The notes: a model not told the origin generated them from the letters alone. 64,000 bases of DNA from Kiritimatiellia bacterium (GCA_028715905.1 JAQUQV010000002.1:15979-79978), one strand, 5' to 3'; counted from the first letter of the stretch, positions 16,397 to 27,193 are shown. Made by a program: numbers and translations.

Positions 16397-19300
16397 CTAC
16401 AACCCCACGTCCATCCGGACCTTTGGAAACTGGGTGAACCAGAACTGGAGCCAGACCGTGAAATCGTCGTCGGTTTGCTGTTCAACCCCGATTTTGGTGA
16501 CGATGCAATCCATGGTCTTCTGGACCGTGAAACCGTATGCTTCCATGTGCTGGTCGTGGAAATCATAGCGCAGATAAATGCTGTAGGCCCAGTTGGCGAA
16601 GGGCGAGAGTTTAAGCTCGTTGTTCAGCAGGCTGTTGCTGTCCTGAAGGTAACGGTGTTCAACCTCGTAACGCCAGGCCGGGTCATCAAAAACGGCCAGG
16701 CGCGTGTTAATGGTATGGAATTTTCTCTCATACTGGTCAAACTCGCCGTCCACGTACAGTTCCATGCCGTCAACCGGCGCGGAACGGATGTCATAGCTTA
16801 TATTCTTGAACAGGTTTTGATTTTTTTCCGGCGCGATCCGATAGGAGGTCCAGATATCGGCATTAATCAGGTCGGCGACCACATAACTGCGCGAAGAAGG
16901 GGAGAGTTTGCCGAAACGCTGGGTCTGGATTTTATTCCGCATCCCGAATTTAACCTCGTTCAGCTTGCCGCGCTCGTCAATGCTGTCAAACTGGTAGAGA
17001 TTGGAACTGAGGACGTTCGGCTCCGGCGTGAAAGAATAATCGGCGTAAGGCTCGGCGATATGCCGGATATGATTAATGACCGTGCCCGGGTACGTTTCCC
17101 AGACCTTGAACGCCTTGAAGGAGGTCTCCACGCCCAGCTTCGGCATGGAGCGGAACTGCGCGTCGCCGGCGCGGGTGAAGACATTGGTGGTTATTTTTGT
17201 TTTCGTTACGCCGTTGGTGTCCAAATAGGAAGTTGTGGTGATATTGGTGTAATAGTCGCAGCCGGCCGAATAAAAAGTGCCGTCCCATCCGGCGCGCGGG
17301 ATGATATTCAGGAAGCCGAACTGCTTGGTGGGATAATAAATTGTATTGGGGGTGTCAAACCGGAAAACGGAGTAATCCGTCCGGTTGGTATATTTTTTCT
17401 CCCACTCCTTTGAAAGATAACCGAGGGTGTGCTTGCCTTCATAGTAAAAGGGCGTGTCCCAGATCTGCTGGCGGGTGAAATCCAGGGTGGCTTCCGGCAG
17501 ACGGTTGACGGTCGTGTAAAAATCGTTCAGCCTCTGCCGGAACAGCAGACTGGCCGAATAATATCTGCCGCGCCGGCCGAGGACAAGGTAATTATCCGGT
17601 TCCGGGTCGGTTTTATACTGTTGGCGGAAGAAATGCTCAACCAGATAGGGGTCGCTGAGATAATCGGCCTGCAACATGAGATAATCGCGCTCGTCAAGAT
17701 TATGGTTGTGCGACAAGCGCACCCGGTAGCGGTCCTCGGGAACGGCATAGTCATACTCATTGCCTTCGTCCGGCCAGAGGTCGTGGGCATAGTAAGTGAT
17801 CAGGTCGCCGCTCCATTGATCATCTTCCTCCTCTTCGGGATGTTCCCAGCGGTTCATGGAGCGCATTCCGAAAGACCAGGGCTCGTCTTCCAGCTCGCCC
17901 ATGTATTTTTCGGTGGAAAGCCCCTTGGCGTTGCCGCTGGATGACCAGAGGATGTCCTGGCCGACGGCGACGCCGCGCCGGGCGCGCAGGTCAATATGCG
18001 ACTTGGCCTCTATATGGCGGCTGATCCGGTAATTAAAGGTCGTGAGCAGAAATGCCCACATGCGGCTGTTGTAACCGGGCACCATACTGATGAAATTCGG
18101 GTCGCCTATATTCTGGGCCCAGTAAGGACTGTACATGATCGGCACCCCACCCACGTAGAGGGTTACATGGCGGGCATAGACGTGCCGGCCGGGAATAATC
18201 CGGGCGCTTTTGACCCGGAAAAAAGCCCGCGGGTGTTCGCCTTCGCAGGTTGAGAGCACGGCATCCTTGAGCAAATATTCATTTTCGCTGATGCGCTTGG
18301 AAGACTCGGCGTGGACATAGAAAGGCTCCATGTAGGCCGAAAAAACGCCGAAATCGCCTTTTTTGGAGCGAAAGTTATAGCGCAGTTTTTTGCCGATCCA
18401 GACGTCGCTGCCGCTTTCAAACTGCACGTTGCCCTCGGCGAGGACATCGTATGAATCAAGATTCATGATCGCATGGTCGCCGCGCAACAGTTCGTCGCCT
18501 TTCTGCAGGCGGACATGGCCCGCGGCGATGATCAGATTGCTGGCGCTGTCAAATTCAAGACTGTCCGCGCGCATATCCAGCGGCACGGCTTCTATGGGGG
18601 TAATACAGCCGGGATACGCTTCCTCCAGCAGATAGCGGTTGAGCCTGACCAGCGCCAGTCCGGCCGCCTGTTGTTCAACAAGGCCCTTGGTGCGCGCCGA
18701 AAGTTTCACCGCCGCAAAGCGTTCTTCTTCATAAAACCGGTCGCTCTGCAGAATAATATTCAGTCCGTTCGCCAGATTTTCACGGAAATTGGAAGGGGGC
18801 GGAAGCGCGGGGTCATATTCGCGCAATTGCCGCCGCACAGTTTCGGAGAAATGGTCGCGCAGATAGGCCGAAACCGGGTCTTTTGCCTCGCGCAGTTTGA
18901 CCGCAAAATCCGGCAGGTTCAACAGGTCCGAAGGCCCCAGCATCCAGGCCCGTTCCGGCCGGCCGGCGATTTCATTGGAAAAAATCTCCTCCAGCACCAT
19001 CCGGTTCAGATGCATGCGCTCATAACCGCGCGGGTTCTGGCTGATCAGGCTCCGGGCGGTAACGGAGAGTTCGGCCCTTTGCAGAACCGGTTCCTGGCAC
19101 CATTCCGATTCCACGATAACGCGGTTTAAATCGGCGAGAAGGGACTGGCGCAGCTCATCGCCGGGCGGATTAACGCCGTCGTAATCGGCCAGCAGGCGCT
19201 CTGTTTTTTCCGAGAAAAAATCGCGGAGGCAGACGGAAACATCGTCGGCTTGCTCGTTCAGCCGGATCGCCAGGGCCCGGCCGTCAATCACATCGTTATC

Positions 19301-19471
19301 GCGCAACATCCAGATATTGTCCGCGACTGCCGCCGGGCCGGCGCCCTTCGCCGACGCAACGGCAAGACAGGCTGAAAACAGCAAAACGATAAATGCGCCC
19401 CGGGCGGAGAGGGCGCCGCCGGCGGCAAATTCTGGATGGCGGCGCAGCCGCCCTGTAAGTTGGGCATTCAC
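16397..19471 (-). CDS. lptD: LPS-assembly outer membrane protein LptD (OstA) with a long duplicated N-terminal extension
   Basis: OstA-N-like region (LIIAAGHVRLQKGDELLRGDHAIMNLDSYDVLAEGNVQFESG) followed by a large beta-barrel-like C-terminus. 1024 aa versus about 780 for typical LptD. Two homologous roughly 100-aa segments in the first 300 aa (VCLRDFFSEKTERLLADYD... and AYLRDHFSETVRRQLREYD...). Confidence 0.75.
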   Translation of the reverse strand: MNAQLTGRLRRHPEFAAGGALSARGAFIVLLFSACLAVASAKGAGPAAVADNIWMLRDNDVIDGRALAIRLNEQADDVSVCLRDFFSEKTERLLADYDGVNPPGDELRQSLLADLNRVIVESEWCQEPVLQRAELSVTARSLISQNPRGYERMHLNRMVLEEIFSNEIAGRPERAWMLGPSDLLNLPDFAVKLREAKDPVSAYLRDHFSETVRRQLREYDPALPPPSNFRENLANGLNIILQSDRFYEEERFAAVKLSARTKGLVEQQAAGLALVRLNRYLLEEAYPGCITPIEAVPLDMRADSLEFDSASNLIIAAGHVRLQKGDELLRGDHAIMNLDSYDVLAEGNVQFESGSDVWIGKKLRYNFRSKKGDFGVFSAYMEPFYVHAESSKRISENEYLLKDAVLSTCEGEHPRAFFRVKSARIIPGRHVYARHVTLYVGGVPIMYSPYWAQNIGDPNFISMVPGYNSRMWAFLLTTFNYRISRHIEAKSHIDLRARRGVAVGQDILWSSSGNAKGLSTEKYMGELEDEPWSFGMRSMNRWEHPEEEEDDQWSGDLITYYAHDLWPDEGNEYDYAVPEDRYRVRLSHNHNLDERDYLMLQADYLSDPYLVEHFFRQQYKTDPEPDNYLVLGRRGRYYSASLLFRQRLNDFYTTVNRLPEATLDFTRQQIWDTPFYYEGKHTLGYLSKEWEKKYTNRTDYSVFRFDTPNTIYYPTKQFGFLNIIPRAGWDGTFYSAGCDYYTNITTTSYLDTNGVTKTKITTNVFTRAGDAQFRSMPKLGVETSFKAFKVWETYPGTVINHIRHIAEPYADYSFTPEPNVLSSNLYQFDSIDERGKLNEVKFGMRNKIQTQRFGKLSPSSRSYVVADLINADIWTSYRIAPEKNQNLFKNISYDIRSAPVDGMELYVDGEFDQYERKFHTINTRLAVFDDPAWRYEVEHRYLQDSNSLLNNELKLSPFANWAYSIYLRYDFHDQHMEAYGFTVQKTMDCIVTKIGVEQQTDDDFTVWLQFWFTQFPKVRMDVGL
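19418..19455 (+). repeat. 36-bp conserved motif copy 2, overlapping the lptD start codon region
   Basis: gccggcggcaaattctggatggcggcgcagccgccctg; compare 9411..9446 and 38195..38228. Confidence 0.45.
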
Positions 19472-19665
19472 TCTCTTATGCTGTCAAAAAATGCGTTTAA
19501 GACTGCAGCCGGCCGTTTGCGGCCGATTGCCGATTTCAGCCGGCGCTTGTCTTTCTCCGTTTTTCACCCGACCGCGCGCGATTTCATTTCTTTTATCACC
19601 TCAACGCGGTTTGACCAAGCATATTCTCCGATCTTCCGGCAAACCGGAGGCGCGGCGGAAGAGCA

Positions 19666-21258
19666 TCAGCGGGTCCGGTTGTTAAACAACTCCTGGCCGG
19701 TTTCGGCGTTGACAATTGAGATTTCCTCCATGTGGCAGTTGGGGTCCGGCCGGAAAGAGAGCCGGCCGTGAAACTGTTCCTGCATTTTCAGGAGCAGTTC
19801 CTCGTCCTCCTCGCGCAGGCGGGTCAGGATCGTGGGGTTGACGGTGATCCGCAGGGCCAGGCTCTCCTTGTCACCGCGCTGAGACTGGCGCATGATGGCC
19901 AAAAGCCGGCGCTGGATTTCAACGCTCATATTAAACAATGATTTGACGCTTCCCCTTCCATTGCAATAGGGGCAGTTCATATACATGGTGGATTCTATGC
20001 TTTCATCCACGCGCTGGCGGGTCATTTCAAGCAAGCCCAACTGGGAAATCGGAAGAATATGAGTGCGCGCCTTGTCTTTCTTCAGCGCCTCCCGTAGGGC
20101 GTGATAAACCGCATTGCGGTGCCGTTTGTGCCGCATGTCAATCAAATCTATGACAATCAACCCGCCCATATTGCGCAGGCGTAAATGCCGCGCGATCTCA
20201 TGCACGGCCTCGGTATTGACCTGGAGAATCACTTCGTCCTGCGAAGAAGCGCCCTTATGCTGTCCGGTGTTGACGTCCACGGCGATCAGCGCCTCGGTTT
20301 CGTCAAAAATTATGTAACCGCCCGACTTGAGCACCACCTTGCGGCGGAACGCTTCTTCCAGATGCTGTTCAACTCCGTAATGCTCAAAAACGGGCCGGAC
20401 GCCGTCATAGTGTTTCAAAATACCCCGGGCGCGCCGCGAAACAGCCGCGAGAATATTCCTGATGCGTTCGTATTCCTCCGCCGAATCAACAATGATGCCG
20501 TCCAGGTCTTCCGTGACGGAATCGCGCACAACGCGCTCAATAAGGTCGGGCTCCTCGTATAAGCAGGCCGGAGCGGGCTTGCCGGCCGCGGCGGTCTGAA
20601 TGGCCTGCCAGGCCGCCAGCAACGAACGCATATCGCGCACAAAGCTTGACCCGGACGCGCCGACGCCGGCCGTCCGGATTATCAGGCCGCATCCCTCCGG
20701 CACAGGCAGGCGCCGGAGTATTTTTTTTAAACGTTTCCTTTCTTTCTCGTCTTCTATCTTACGCGATATGCCGCGCAGCGAACTGCCCGGCATGAGCACG
20801 AAAAACCTGCTCGGAATACTGAGATTCGCCGTTACGCGCGGGCCCTTCGTGCCGATCGGGCCCTTGTTAATCTGGATAATGATTTCGGAGCCGACCGGAT
20901 AATGTTTCGCGATTTCCTCCCGGGAATAATTGCGGCGGCGTGAATGAGAACGCGTTTCTCCGCCGCTGCCGCCGTCTATCGCCTCAATCCGCGCCACGTC
21001 CTCCGGGAACATGTCCCAATAATGGAGAAAAGCGTTCTTTTTCATGCCGATATCAATAAAAGCGGCCTGCAGACCATCCTCAAGATTCTGCACCTTTCCC
21101 TTGAAGATGCTGCCGACAATTCTTTCCTCGGTGGGGTGCTCAATTTTGAAATCCTCCAACACTCCGTTTTCCAGCACGGCGACTCTGATTTCAAGTTTTT
21201 CCACGCTGATAATAATTTCCTTGCGGTTTGTTTTTTTTCTTCTGCGAAAACCAAACAT
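19666..21258 (-). CDS. rng: Ribonuclease G/E family endoribonuclease
   Basis: S1 domain plus the RNase E/G catalytic domain (DVNTG, zinc-link CPxCxGxG), 531 aa. The start is placed at MFGFRRRKK. Confidence 0.8.
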   Translation of the reverse strand: MFGFRRRKKTNRKEIIISVEKLEIRVAVLENGVLEDFKIEHPTEERIVGSIFKGKVQNLEDGLQAAFIDIGMKKNAFLHYWDMFPEDVARIEAIDGGSGGETRSHSRRRNYSREEIAKHYPVGSEIIIQINKGPIGTKGPRVTANLSIPSRFFVLMPGSSLRGISRKIEDEKERKRLKKILRRLPVPEGCGLIIRTAGVGASGSSFVRDMRSLLAAWQAIQTAAAGKPAPACLYEEPDLIERVVRDSVTEDLDGIIVDSAEEYERIRNILAAVSRRARGILKHYDGVRPVFEHYGVEQHLEEAFRRKVVLKSGGYIIFDETEALIAVDVNTGQHKGASSQDEVILQVNTEAVHEIARHLRLRNMGGLIVIDLIDMRHKRHRNAVYHALREALKKDKARTHILPISQLGLLEMTRQRVDESIESTMYMNCPYCNGRGSVKSLFNMSVEIQRRLLAIMRQSQRGDKESLALRITVNPTILTRLREEDEELLLKMQEQFHGRLSFRPDPNCHMEEISIVNAETGQELFNNRTR

Positions 21259-21352
21259 GAATCCCTGCCTTTCTGTTATAAGACCAGCGTTTAGCGGACA
21301 ACATGGCGCGCATGTAAAGACCATTGCGACCGCTCTCCGCTCTACGTTGCTG

Positions 21353-22546
21353 TTAAGACTGCCAATCTCCTCTGATATGCACGCTTTGCACGATGCCCAA
21401 AGCCGACATGGTGCTTACGATAAATGTGCCGCCATAACTGATCAGCGGCAACGGAATGCCGGTAATCGGCGCCAAACCAACGGTCATGGCGATGTTGATG
21501 AAAATATGGCAGAAAATCATGGCCGCCAATCCGACGCATAACAACCTGCCCATTTTGTCGCGCGCCACCGCGGCTGACCGCAGGGCGCCGTAAATCAGCA
21601 CCGCAAAAACCGTCAGGGTAAAAAGGACCCCGGCAAAACCTTTTTCCTCGGCGATCACCGCAAAGACAAAATCAGTCGGCTTGACCGTCCGCGGCAAAAA
21701 TCCGAGTATATTCTGGGTGCCCCGCAGAAAACCTTTGCCGAACAAGCCGCCGGAGCCGACGGCGATCCGCGACTGGGCCTTGTTCCATCCCGAACCGAGC
21801 GGGTCGCGCCCGCTGTCAAAAAACACGAGAATCCGCTCCCGCTGGTACGGGGTGATGCCGGCGCGCATCAATAATTCCTTGTGCTCCTGCTCCGGCAATC
21901 CGAAGCGCGCCGGCAGAAAAACAACGGAGAGCGCCAGCAGCACGATCAAGCCGGCGGTAGCCAGGAAAAAGAATATTGTTTTTCCCGGCGCGCCGGCGGC
22001 GAACATCACGCCCAGCAGGACCGGGAAAAATACGATTGCCGTGCCCAGATCGGGCTGCTTGATAATCAGCGCGGCCGGCAAAAGGGTGACAAGCACGCCG
22101 ATAACGGCATACCTTAAGCGGCGCACCGGCCGGCCGGGCCAGCCGAACAAACGGGCGAGCACAATCGCCAGGGCGATTTTCATGAATTCCGCCGGTTGGA
22201 AAAGACGCGCCCCGCCCACCTGCAGCCAGCGTTTGGCCCCGTACATCTCCAGCCCGATATGCGGCACAAAAACCAGCGCCAGCAGGATCAGGCCGGCCGC
22301 GTAGATCCACCAGGCCAGACGGGTCAAATAATGATAATCCGTCAGGGCAAAACCAAGGAAACAGGCAAAACCCAGCGCCGCCCATCCGATCTGTTTCTCA
22401 TACAGCCGTATGCCCTCCCGATCGGCCATGTTGGCAGTGGCGCTGTAGATGAACACAATGCCCAGGCCGAGCAGAACAAACATGGCCGCCAGAATCGGAA
22501 AGTTCAAGCGGCGCAATTGCTGAATTATGTTCCTCATAGATGACAT
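21353..22546 (-). CDS. rodA: Rod shape-determining SEDS glycosyltransferase RodA
   Basis: FtsW/RodA family multi-TM sequence immediately downstream of mrdA. The start at MSSMRNII (22546) avoids an R/G-rich artefactual extension. Confidence 0.85.
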   Translation of the reverse strand: MSSMRNIIQQLRRLNFPILAAMFVLLGLGIVFIYSATANMADREGIRLYEKQIGWAALGFACFLGFALTDYHYLTRLAWWIYAAGLILLALVFVPHIGLEMYGAKRWLQVGGARLFQPAEFMKIALAIVLARLFGWPGRPVRRLRYAVIGVLVTLLPAALIIKQPDLGTAIVFFPVLLGVMFAAGAPGKTIFFFLATAGLIVLLALSVVFLPARFGLPEQEHKELLMRAGITPYQRERILVFFDSGRDPLGSGWNKAQSRIAVGSGGLFGKGFLRGTQNILGFLPRTVKPTDFVFAVIAEEKGFAGVLFTLTVFAVLIYGALRSAAVARDKMGRLLCVGLAAMIFCHIFINIAMTVGLAPITGIPLPLISYGGTFIVSTMSALGIVQSVHIRGDWQS

Positions 22547-22608
22547 TGAAAATCCGGATAAAAAAATTCCGTTTCCGCGCTGGTTTCTGTTTTCAAATTT
22601 TGCGGCAT

Positions 22609-24441
22609 TTATTCTGCGCTCCGCCTCTCGTCCGCAAAAATTTCCGCCATCATTTTTCCCAGCCGCGGTCCGACGTCGGCCCCGCCGCTGCCGGAAGCCG
22701 CATCCATGACCATGGCAACCGCGTACTGCGGACGGGCGAAAGGCGCAAAGAGAATCATCCAGCCGCGCTGCCGGCCGGAGCCCTTCCGGCCGAATTCGGC
22801 CGTGCCGGTCTTGCCCGCCATTGCGACCTGCGGCAGGCCGGCCAAATGGCCCGTGCCGGAAGGTTCGCAAACAACGCGGCGCATGCCTTCCCTGACCACC
22901 GCCAAATGATCGGCCGACCAGCGCAGGTCGCGTTCAAGAATCGGCGGGACAGGCTCAAACTCGCTCTGGTCGTGCCGTTTCCGGCCGATGACAAGCCGGG
23001 GACGGTATAAACGCCCCCCGTTTGCGATGGCGGCCGCAAACATCGCCATTTGCAGGGGCGTCACCAGCAGGTCGCCCTGGCCAATGGCGATATTGCAGGT
23101 GTCGCCGTCGCGCCAGAGCTCGCCTTTTGTCTGCCGTTTCCAGCTCTTGGAAGGAAGCAGACCGGCGGACTCGCCGTCAAGGTCAAGCCCGGTCTTTTCG
23201 CCGAACCCGGCGGCCAGGGCCATATGATAAATCGCGTCATAGCCGCACTGCAATCCCAGTTTGTAGAAAAACACGTTACAGGATACTTCCAGCGCGCGCG
23301 CGATATCAAGGTCGCCGTGCGCCACGCCCCCGTGGCAGGAAAAAACGCGGCCGCCGAGCGCAAGCGAACCGTCGCATTTCAGGACCGTGTCCGCGGTGGC
23401 CTTGCCCTGAATCAGGGCCGCGATGGCAATCAACGGTTTAAAAATGCTGCCGGGCGCATACGAACCGGATATGGCGCGGTTAAAAAGCGGCTTGCGTTTA
23501 TCCTCCACCAGGGCCTGCCAGGTGTGAACCGCGAGATGCGGATAAAACATACCGGGATCAAAACCCGGGGCGCTGGCCATGGCGAGAACATCGCCGTTTT
23601 CGGGATTCACGATTACCGCCGCGCCGCATTCGCCGGCGAGCGCCTCCTCCGCCAGACGCTGCAGGCGTAAATCCAGACTGAGGCGCAGGTCGCCGCCGGG
23701 AACAGGTTCGCGGATGCTTTCTTCGTCATGCTTGAATCCCGCCACGTCAATCCGGATCAAACTCCCGCCCGCGCTCCCGGCCAGCCATTTATTATAGACT
23801 TTCTCCAGCCCTCTTTTGCCTTCCATGTCGGGAAGATAATAGTGATAATCCCGCTCGGTATCCTCGCCGGCTTTGCCGGTTCCCACATATCCGATAATGT
23901 GGCCGGCCAAGGCGCCGCAGGGATAGATGCGCTTTGGATAGAGCGCGATATCCGCGGCGGGAAAATGCATGCTGATTTCCGCGAAACGCGCCATGGCCTT
24001 ATGGTCAAGATGGAGCCAGACCGGCATGGGCAGGGGCTTGCGCATGTAAATATGGTCGTTGATCCGCCTTAAGGTGGTCTGCGGCTCAACGCCGGTAATC
24101 CGGGCCAGTTCCTGAACCATGTCCCAGGCTTTCCGGGCGGTCGGACGTTTTTTGCCGGAACGCAGCAGTTCTTCAAGATAAATGCATATCCCGTAATCCG
24201 GCTGGTTGCCGGCCAGGCATATCCCATTCCGGTCAAAGATCCGTCCGCGCACGGTCGGCAGACGCACGCGGCGGATTGACTGCCGGTCCTGGCTGAGAAG
24301 ATAGTCATGTCCCTGCCCGATCTGAATAAACCAGATCGCGCCGGCCAGCAGGGCCAGGCTGCCGAACATTATCAACGCCAGGATCAACAATCGTTTTTTT
24401 TCCCGGTCAGTTAGTCGCATGAATGTCATCTGAAATATCAT
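22609..24441 (-). CDS. mrdA: Penicillin-binding protein 2 (elongasome transpeptidase)
   Basis: N-terminal TM helix, a dimerisation domain, and transpeptidase motifs SIFKP (SxxK), SxN and KTG; 610 aa. The start may be 4-7 codons downstream. Confidence 0.85.
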   Translation of the reverse strand: MIFQMTFMRLTDREKKRLLILALIMFGSLALLAGAIWFIQIGQGHDYLLSQDRQSIRRVRLPTVRGRIFDRNGICLAGNQPDYGICIYLEELLRSGKKRPTARKAWDMVQELARITGVEPQTTLRRINDHIYMRKPLPMPVWLHLDHKAMARFAEISMHFPAADIALYPKRIYPCGALAGHIIGYVGTGKAGEDTERDYHYYLPDMEGKRGLEKVYNKWLAGSAGGSLIRIDVAGFKHDEESIREPVPGGDLRLSLDLRLQRLAEEALAGECGAAVIVNPENGDVLAMASAPGFDPGMFYPHLAVHTWQALVEDKRKPLFNRAISGSYAPGSIFKPLIAIAALIQGKATADTVLKCDGSLALGGRVFSCHGGVAHGDLDIARALEVSCNVFFYKLGLQCGYDAIYHMALAAGFGEKTGLDLDGESAGLLPSKSWKRQTKGELWRDGDTCNIAIGQGDLLVTPLQMAMFAAAIANGGRLYRPRLVIGRKRHDQSEFEPVPPILERDLRWSADHLAVVREGMRRVVCEPSGTGHLAGLPQVAMAGKTGTAEFGRKGSGRQRGWMILFAPFARPQYAVAMVMDAASGSGGADVGPRLGKMMAEIFADERRSAE

Positions 24442-24940
24442 CCGAGGGGCAGACGCCGGTCATCAACTCCAGTTTCTTCAACAGGAAGTATATCGCCGGG
24501 AAAAAAAACGCGCCGTAAATCGTCGTGCCGATGAGTTTAAGAATAAACAGTCCGGGCTGAAAACAAAAAGGCGTGCGGCCGGAGAACAGGAGGAAGAAAA
24601 GGACAATTAACGGCACGCCGGCCCCGATCACGGCGCCCAGAAAAACATTTGTCATCGGCTTCCCGCTGAAAACGGCATGGCGATAATAATACAGAACGGT
24701 TCCGAACGCCGCAAACGCAAGCGTGCTCCCGCCCGGAGGCAAAGCGCCGATACTGTCGCTGATTATCCCCCCGAGCAACGCGGCCGAAAGCATCGCCGGC
24801 GCGGAATGGGTAAGGGCAAAATATGCCGCCACGCTCGCCAGAACCGGCGGCCGCGCAAATCCGATAAAAGCCGGCGCGGGGATGGTTTGCTCAATAACCA
24901 CGCCGAATCCTATCGCCATCATCATAATAACCGCGCTCAT
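24407..24940 (-). CDS. mreD: Rod shape-determining protein MreD
   Basis: A small polytopic membrane protein between mreC and mrdA in the conserved order. Confidence 0.7.
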   Translation of the reverse strand: MSAVIMMMAIGFGVVIEQTIPAPAFIGFARPPVLASVAAYFALTHSAPAMLSAALLGGIISDSIGALPPGGSTLAFAAFGTVLYYYRHAVFSGKPMTNVFLGAVIGAGVPLIVLFFLLFSGRTPFCFQPGLFILKLIGTTIYGAFFFPAIYFLLKKLELMTGVCPSDDISDDIHATN

Positions 24941-25779
24941 GGGGCTATTTGCTCCTGTTCCGTTTGTCCGGGCGCCGGCCCGTTCCTCTCAGGCAGAACG
25001 ATAAAAACCACGTCCAGCGATCTGAAGTCCGCCGCCGGCGTAACTTCGGCGTATTGAAAAAGGCCGGAAGCGTCAGCCTGCACGCTCTTGACATAGCCGA
25101 TAACCAGGCCCGCGGGATAAACCCCGCCCAGACCGGAAGATATCACTTCGTCCGCCGGATTGATCTCGGCATCCTTCGCGATATAATCCAAGCGGCAGAC
25201 GGCGGGGCCCTGCCACGACGCGCCCTGGCCGCGGACAATCCCGAAAACGTCCGAACGCGCAAGACGGGCGGCGATTCTTACCTTGGGACTGGTCAGGAAC
25301 AGCATGTCCGCCGTGGTGCGGGAAACGTCAACAATCTGACCCAACAGCCCATCCGGACCGATGACGGGAAGACCGGGCCGGATGCCGTCCTCCCCGCCCT
25401 TGTCAAGCCGGGCCGTCTGCCACCAGCCGTTGACGTCCCGCGCCAGCAGTTGGGAGGGCAGCAGGCGGTAGCCGGATGTTGATTTCAACTTAAGCAACGC
25501 GCGCAATTCCCGGTTTTCCCGCTCCAACGGCTCGCTTTGCCGGATTTTATCGCGCAAAGTTTCATTCTCCAGGCGCAACCGCCTGTTTTCATCCGCCAGT
25601 TCTCGCTTACTGCGGGTGAAATCACCTGCCCGGTCGCTTGCCCGCCGGAACCCCGCCTGCGGAACGGCGAAAATATCCCGGATAAATCCCGAGACGGCGT
25701 TCGTCTGTTCCGGCGGCAGACTGAACAAAACGCCCATCAGAATGAAAAAAAAGATAAAAATAAAAATATCGCGTTTCAT
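24937..25779 (-). CDS. mreC: Rod shape-determining protein MreC
   Basis: N-terminal TM helix, a coiled-coil (RRLRLENETLRDK) and a beta-rich C-terminal MreC domain. The start is placed at MKRDIFIF. Confidence 0.8.
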   Translation of the reverse strand: MKRDIFIFIFFFILMGVLFSLPPEQTNAVSGFIRDIFAVPQAGFRRASDRAGDFTRSKRELADENRRLRLENETLRDKIRQSEPLERENRELRALLKLKSTSGYRLLPSQLLARDVNGWWQTARLDKGGEDGIRPGLPVIGPDGLLGQIVDVSRTTADMLFLTSPKVRIAARLARSDVFGIVRGQGASWQGPAVCRLDYIAKDAEINPADEVISSGLGGVYPAGLVIGYVKSVQADASGLFQYAEVTPAADFRSLDVVFIVLPERNGPAPGQTEQEQIAP

Positions 25780-25950
25780 ATTGCGTGTCTTGCAAAGCGT
25801 ATCCGGCATTTCACGCGGCAAACGATGAAATACGCCTCACGGATTCAGACGGCGGAATAACGGCGGGAGAGACACCATTCCATGTGAGAGTGAAAACTTC
25901 CGGCGAGAAGAACGTTTGCGGGCGGGTTCAAACCGGACCGGCAGTCCTGG

Positions 25951-26979
25951 TCAAGCGCCGTAACTGGCCACTTTGCGCAAGAACTTGAGCTCGTGCAGAA
26001 CCATGCCCGTCCCTTCCGCCACGGCGCTGAGAGGGTCGTCAGCCATATGAACCGGCAACCCGGTTTGTTCGGCCACGAGTTTGTCTATGCCGTGCAGTAA
26101 AGCCCCCCCTCCGGCCATGACAATCCCCCGGTCAACCAGATCGGCCGAGAGTTCCGGCGGACAGCGCTCAAGCGTGAAACGCACCGCCTCCACGATGGCC
26201 ATGACCGGTTCGCGCAGCGCTTCCCGGACTTCTTCAGAAGTGAGGGTCAGCGTTTTCGGCAATCCCGCCACCAGGTCCCGGCCCTTGACCTCCATGCTGG
26301 TTTCCTCGGCCAGGGGATAGGCGGATCCGATGTTTATCTTGATCTGCTCGGCGCTGCGTTCGCCAATCATAAGGTTATACGCTCTCTTCATATACTGAAT
26401 AATGGCCTCATCCATTTCGTCGCCGCCCACGCGGACGCTGCGGCTGAACACAATGCCTGCCAATGAAATCAGGGCCACCTCGGTTGTCCCGCCGCCGATA
26501 TCAATAATCATATTGCCGGCCGGCTCCTGGACCGGAAGCCCCACGCCGATCGCCGCCGCCATGGGTTCTTCAATTAAATACACTTCTCGGGCGCCCGCGT
26601 GCGCAGCGGAGTCTTTTACCGCCCGTTTCTCCACCTCCGTTATTCCGCTGGGTACTGAAATAATGATTCTGGGGCGGACCATGATGCGGTTGCCCTGCAC
26701 CTTGCGGATAAAGTAGCGCAACATGGCCTCGGTAATTTCAAAGTCGGCAATAACGCCGTCCTTCATCGGCCTGATGGCCGTTATATTACCCGGCGTGCGG
26801 CCCAGCATCCGCTTGGCTTCCGCGCCGACCGCCAGAACGCGGTTGGTCCCGGTTTGAATGGCAACCACCGACGGTTCCCGCAGCACAATTCCCCGGTCTT
26901 TGACATAGACCAAGCTGTTCGCCGTGCCAAGGTCTATGCCAAGATCGTTTGAAAACAGATCAAAAATCCGCCCCAGCAT
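25951..26979 (-). CDS. mreB: Actin-like rod-shape protein MreB
   Basis: Full-length MreB with the phosphate-binding motifs DLGTANS and DIGGGTT. Confidence 0.95.
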   Translation of the reverse strand: MLGRIFDLFSNDLGIDLGTANSLVYVKDRGIVLREPSVVAIQTGTNRVLAVGAEAKRMLGRTPGNITAIRPMKDGVIADFEITEAMLRYFIRKVQGNRIMVRPRIIISVPSGITEVEKRAVKDSAAHAGAREVYLIEEPMAAAIGVGLPVQEPAGNMIIDIGGGTTEVALISLAGIVFSRSVRVGGDEMDEAIIQYMKRAYNLMIGERSAEQIKINIGSAYPLAEETSMEVKGRDLVAGLPKTLTLTSEEVREALREPVMAIVEAVRFTLERCPPELSADLVDRGIVMAGGGALLHGIDKLVAEQTGLPVHMADDPLSAVAEGTGMVLHELKFLRKVASYGA

Positions 26980-27016
26980 ATTTCAGTCCTTTGAAAATTA
27001 TTACTGTTTGGAGTAA

Positions 27017-27044
27017 AAATTATGCAAAAACCAGTGATTGTCAA
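27017..27044 (-). promoter_or_regulatory. Sigma70-like promoter for mreB (TTGACA-N16-TAATTT, minus strand)
   Basis: An exact -35 hexamer lies about 60 nt upstream of the mreB ATG. Confidence 0.45.
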
Positions 27045-27074
27045 TAAATAAAATCAGAAAAAGCGGGCGCCCGC
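27045..27074 (-). terminator. Terminator-like GC hairpin (GCGGGCGCCCGC) followed by a T-run on the minus strand, just upstream of the mreB promoter
   Basis: A perfect 6-bp palindromic stem is followed on the minus strand by TTTTTCTGATTTTATTT. Confidence 0.35.
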
Positions 27075-27126
27075 ATAACGGGTGCAAACGGCGTGCAGCC
27101 GCGTTGCGGCCTACGTCGCTCACGTC

Positions 27127-27193
27127 TTTCGCTGGCGGGCAATGCCCGCCTGAGCGAAAGCGAATATTGCACGAAATTCGCGCAATATTCGGG
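27127..27193 (-). repeat. About 70-bp conserved intergenic element, copy A; inverted partner of 3193..3263
   Basis: Its reverse complement aligns with 3193..3263 at roughly 85 percent identity. It has a cgctttcgc...gcgaaag stem enclosing a ggcgggca/tgcccgcc hairpin. Confidence 0.55.

Noticed and set aside
22547-22870. Arg/Gly-rich 108-aa extension upstream of rodA
   Set aside because: Low-complexity translation of GC-rich DNA. RodA homology begins at MSSMRNII.
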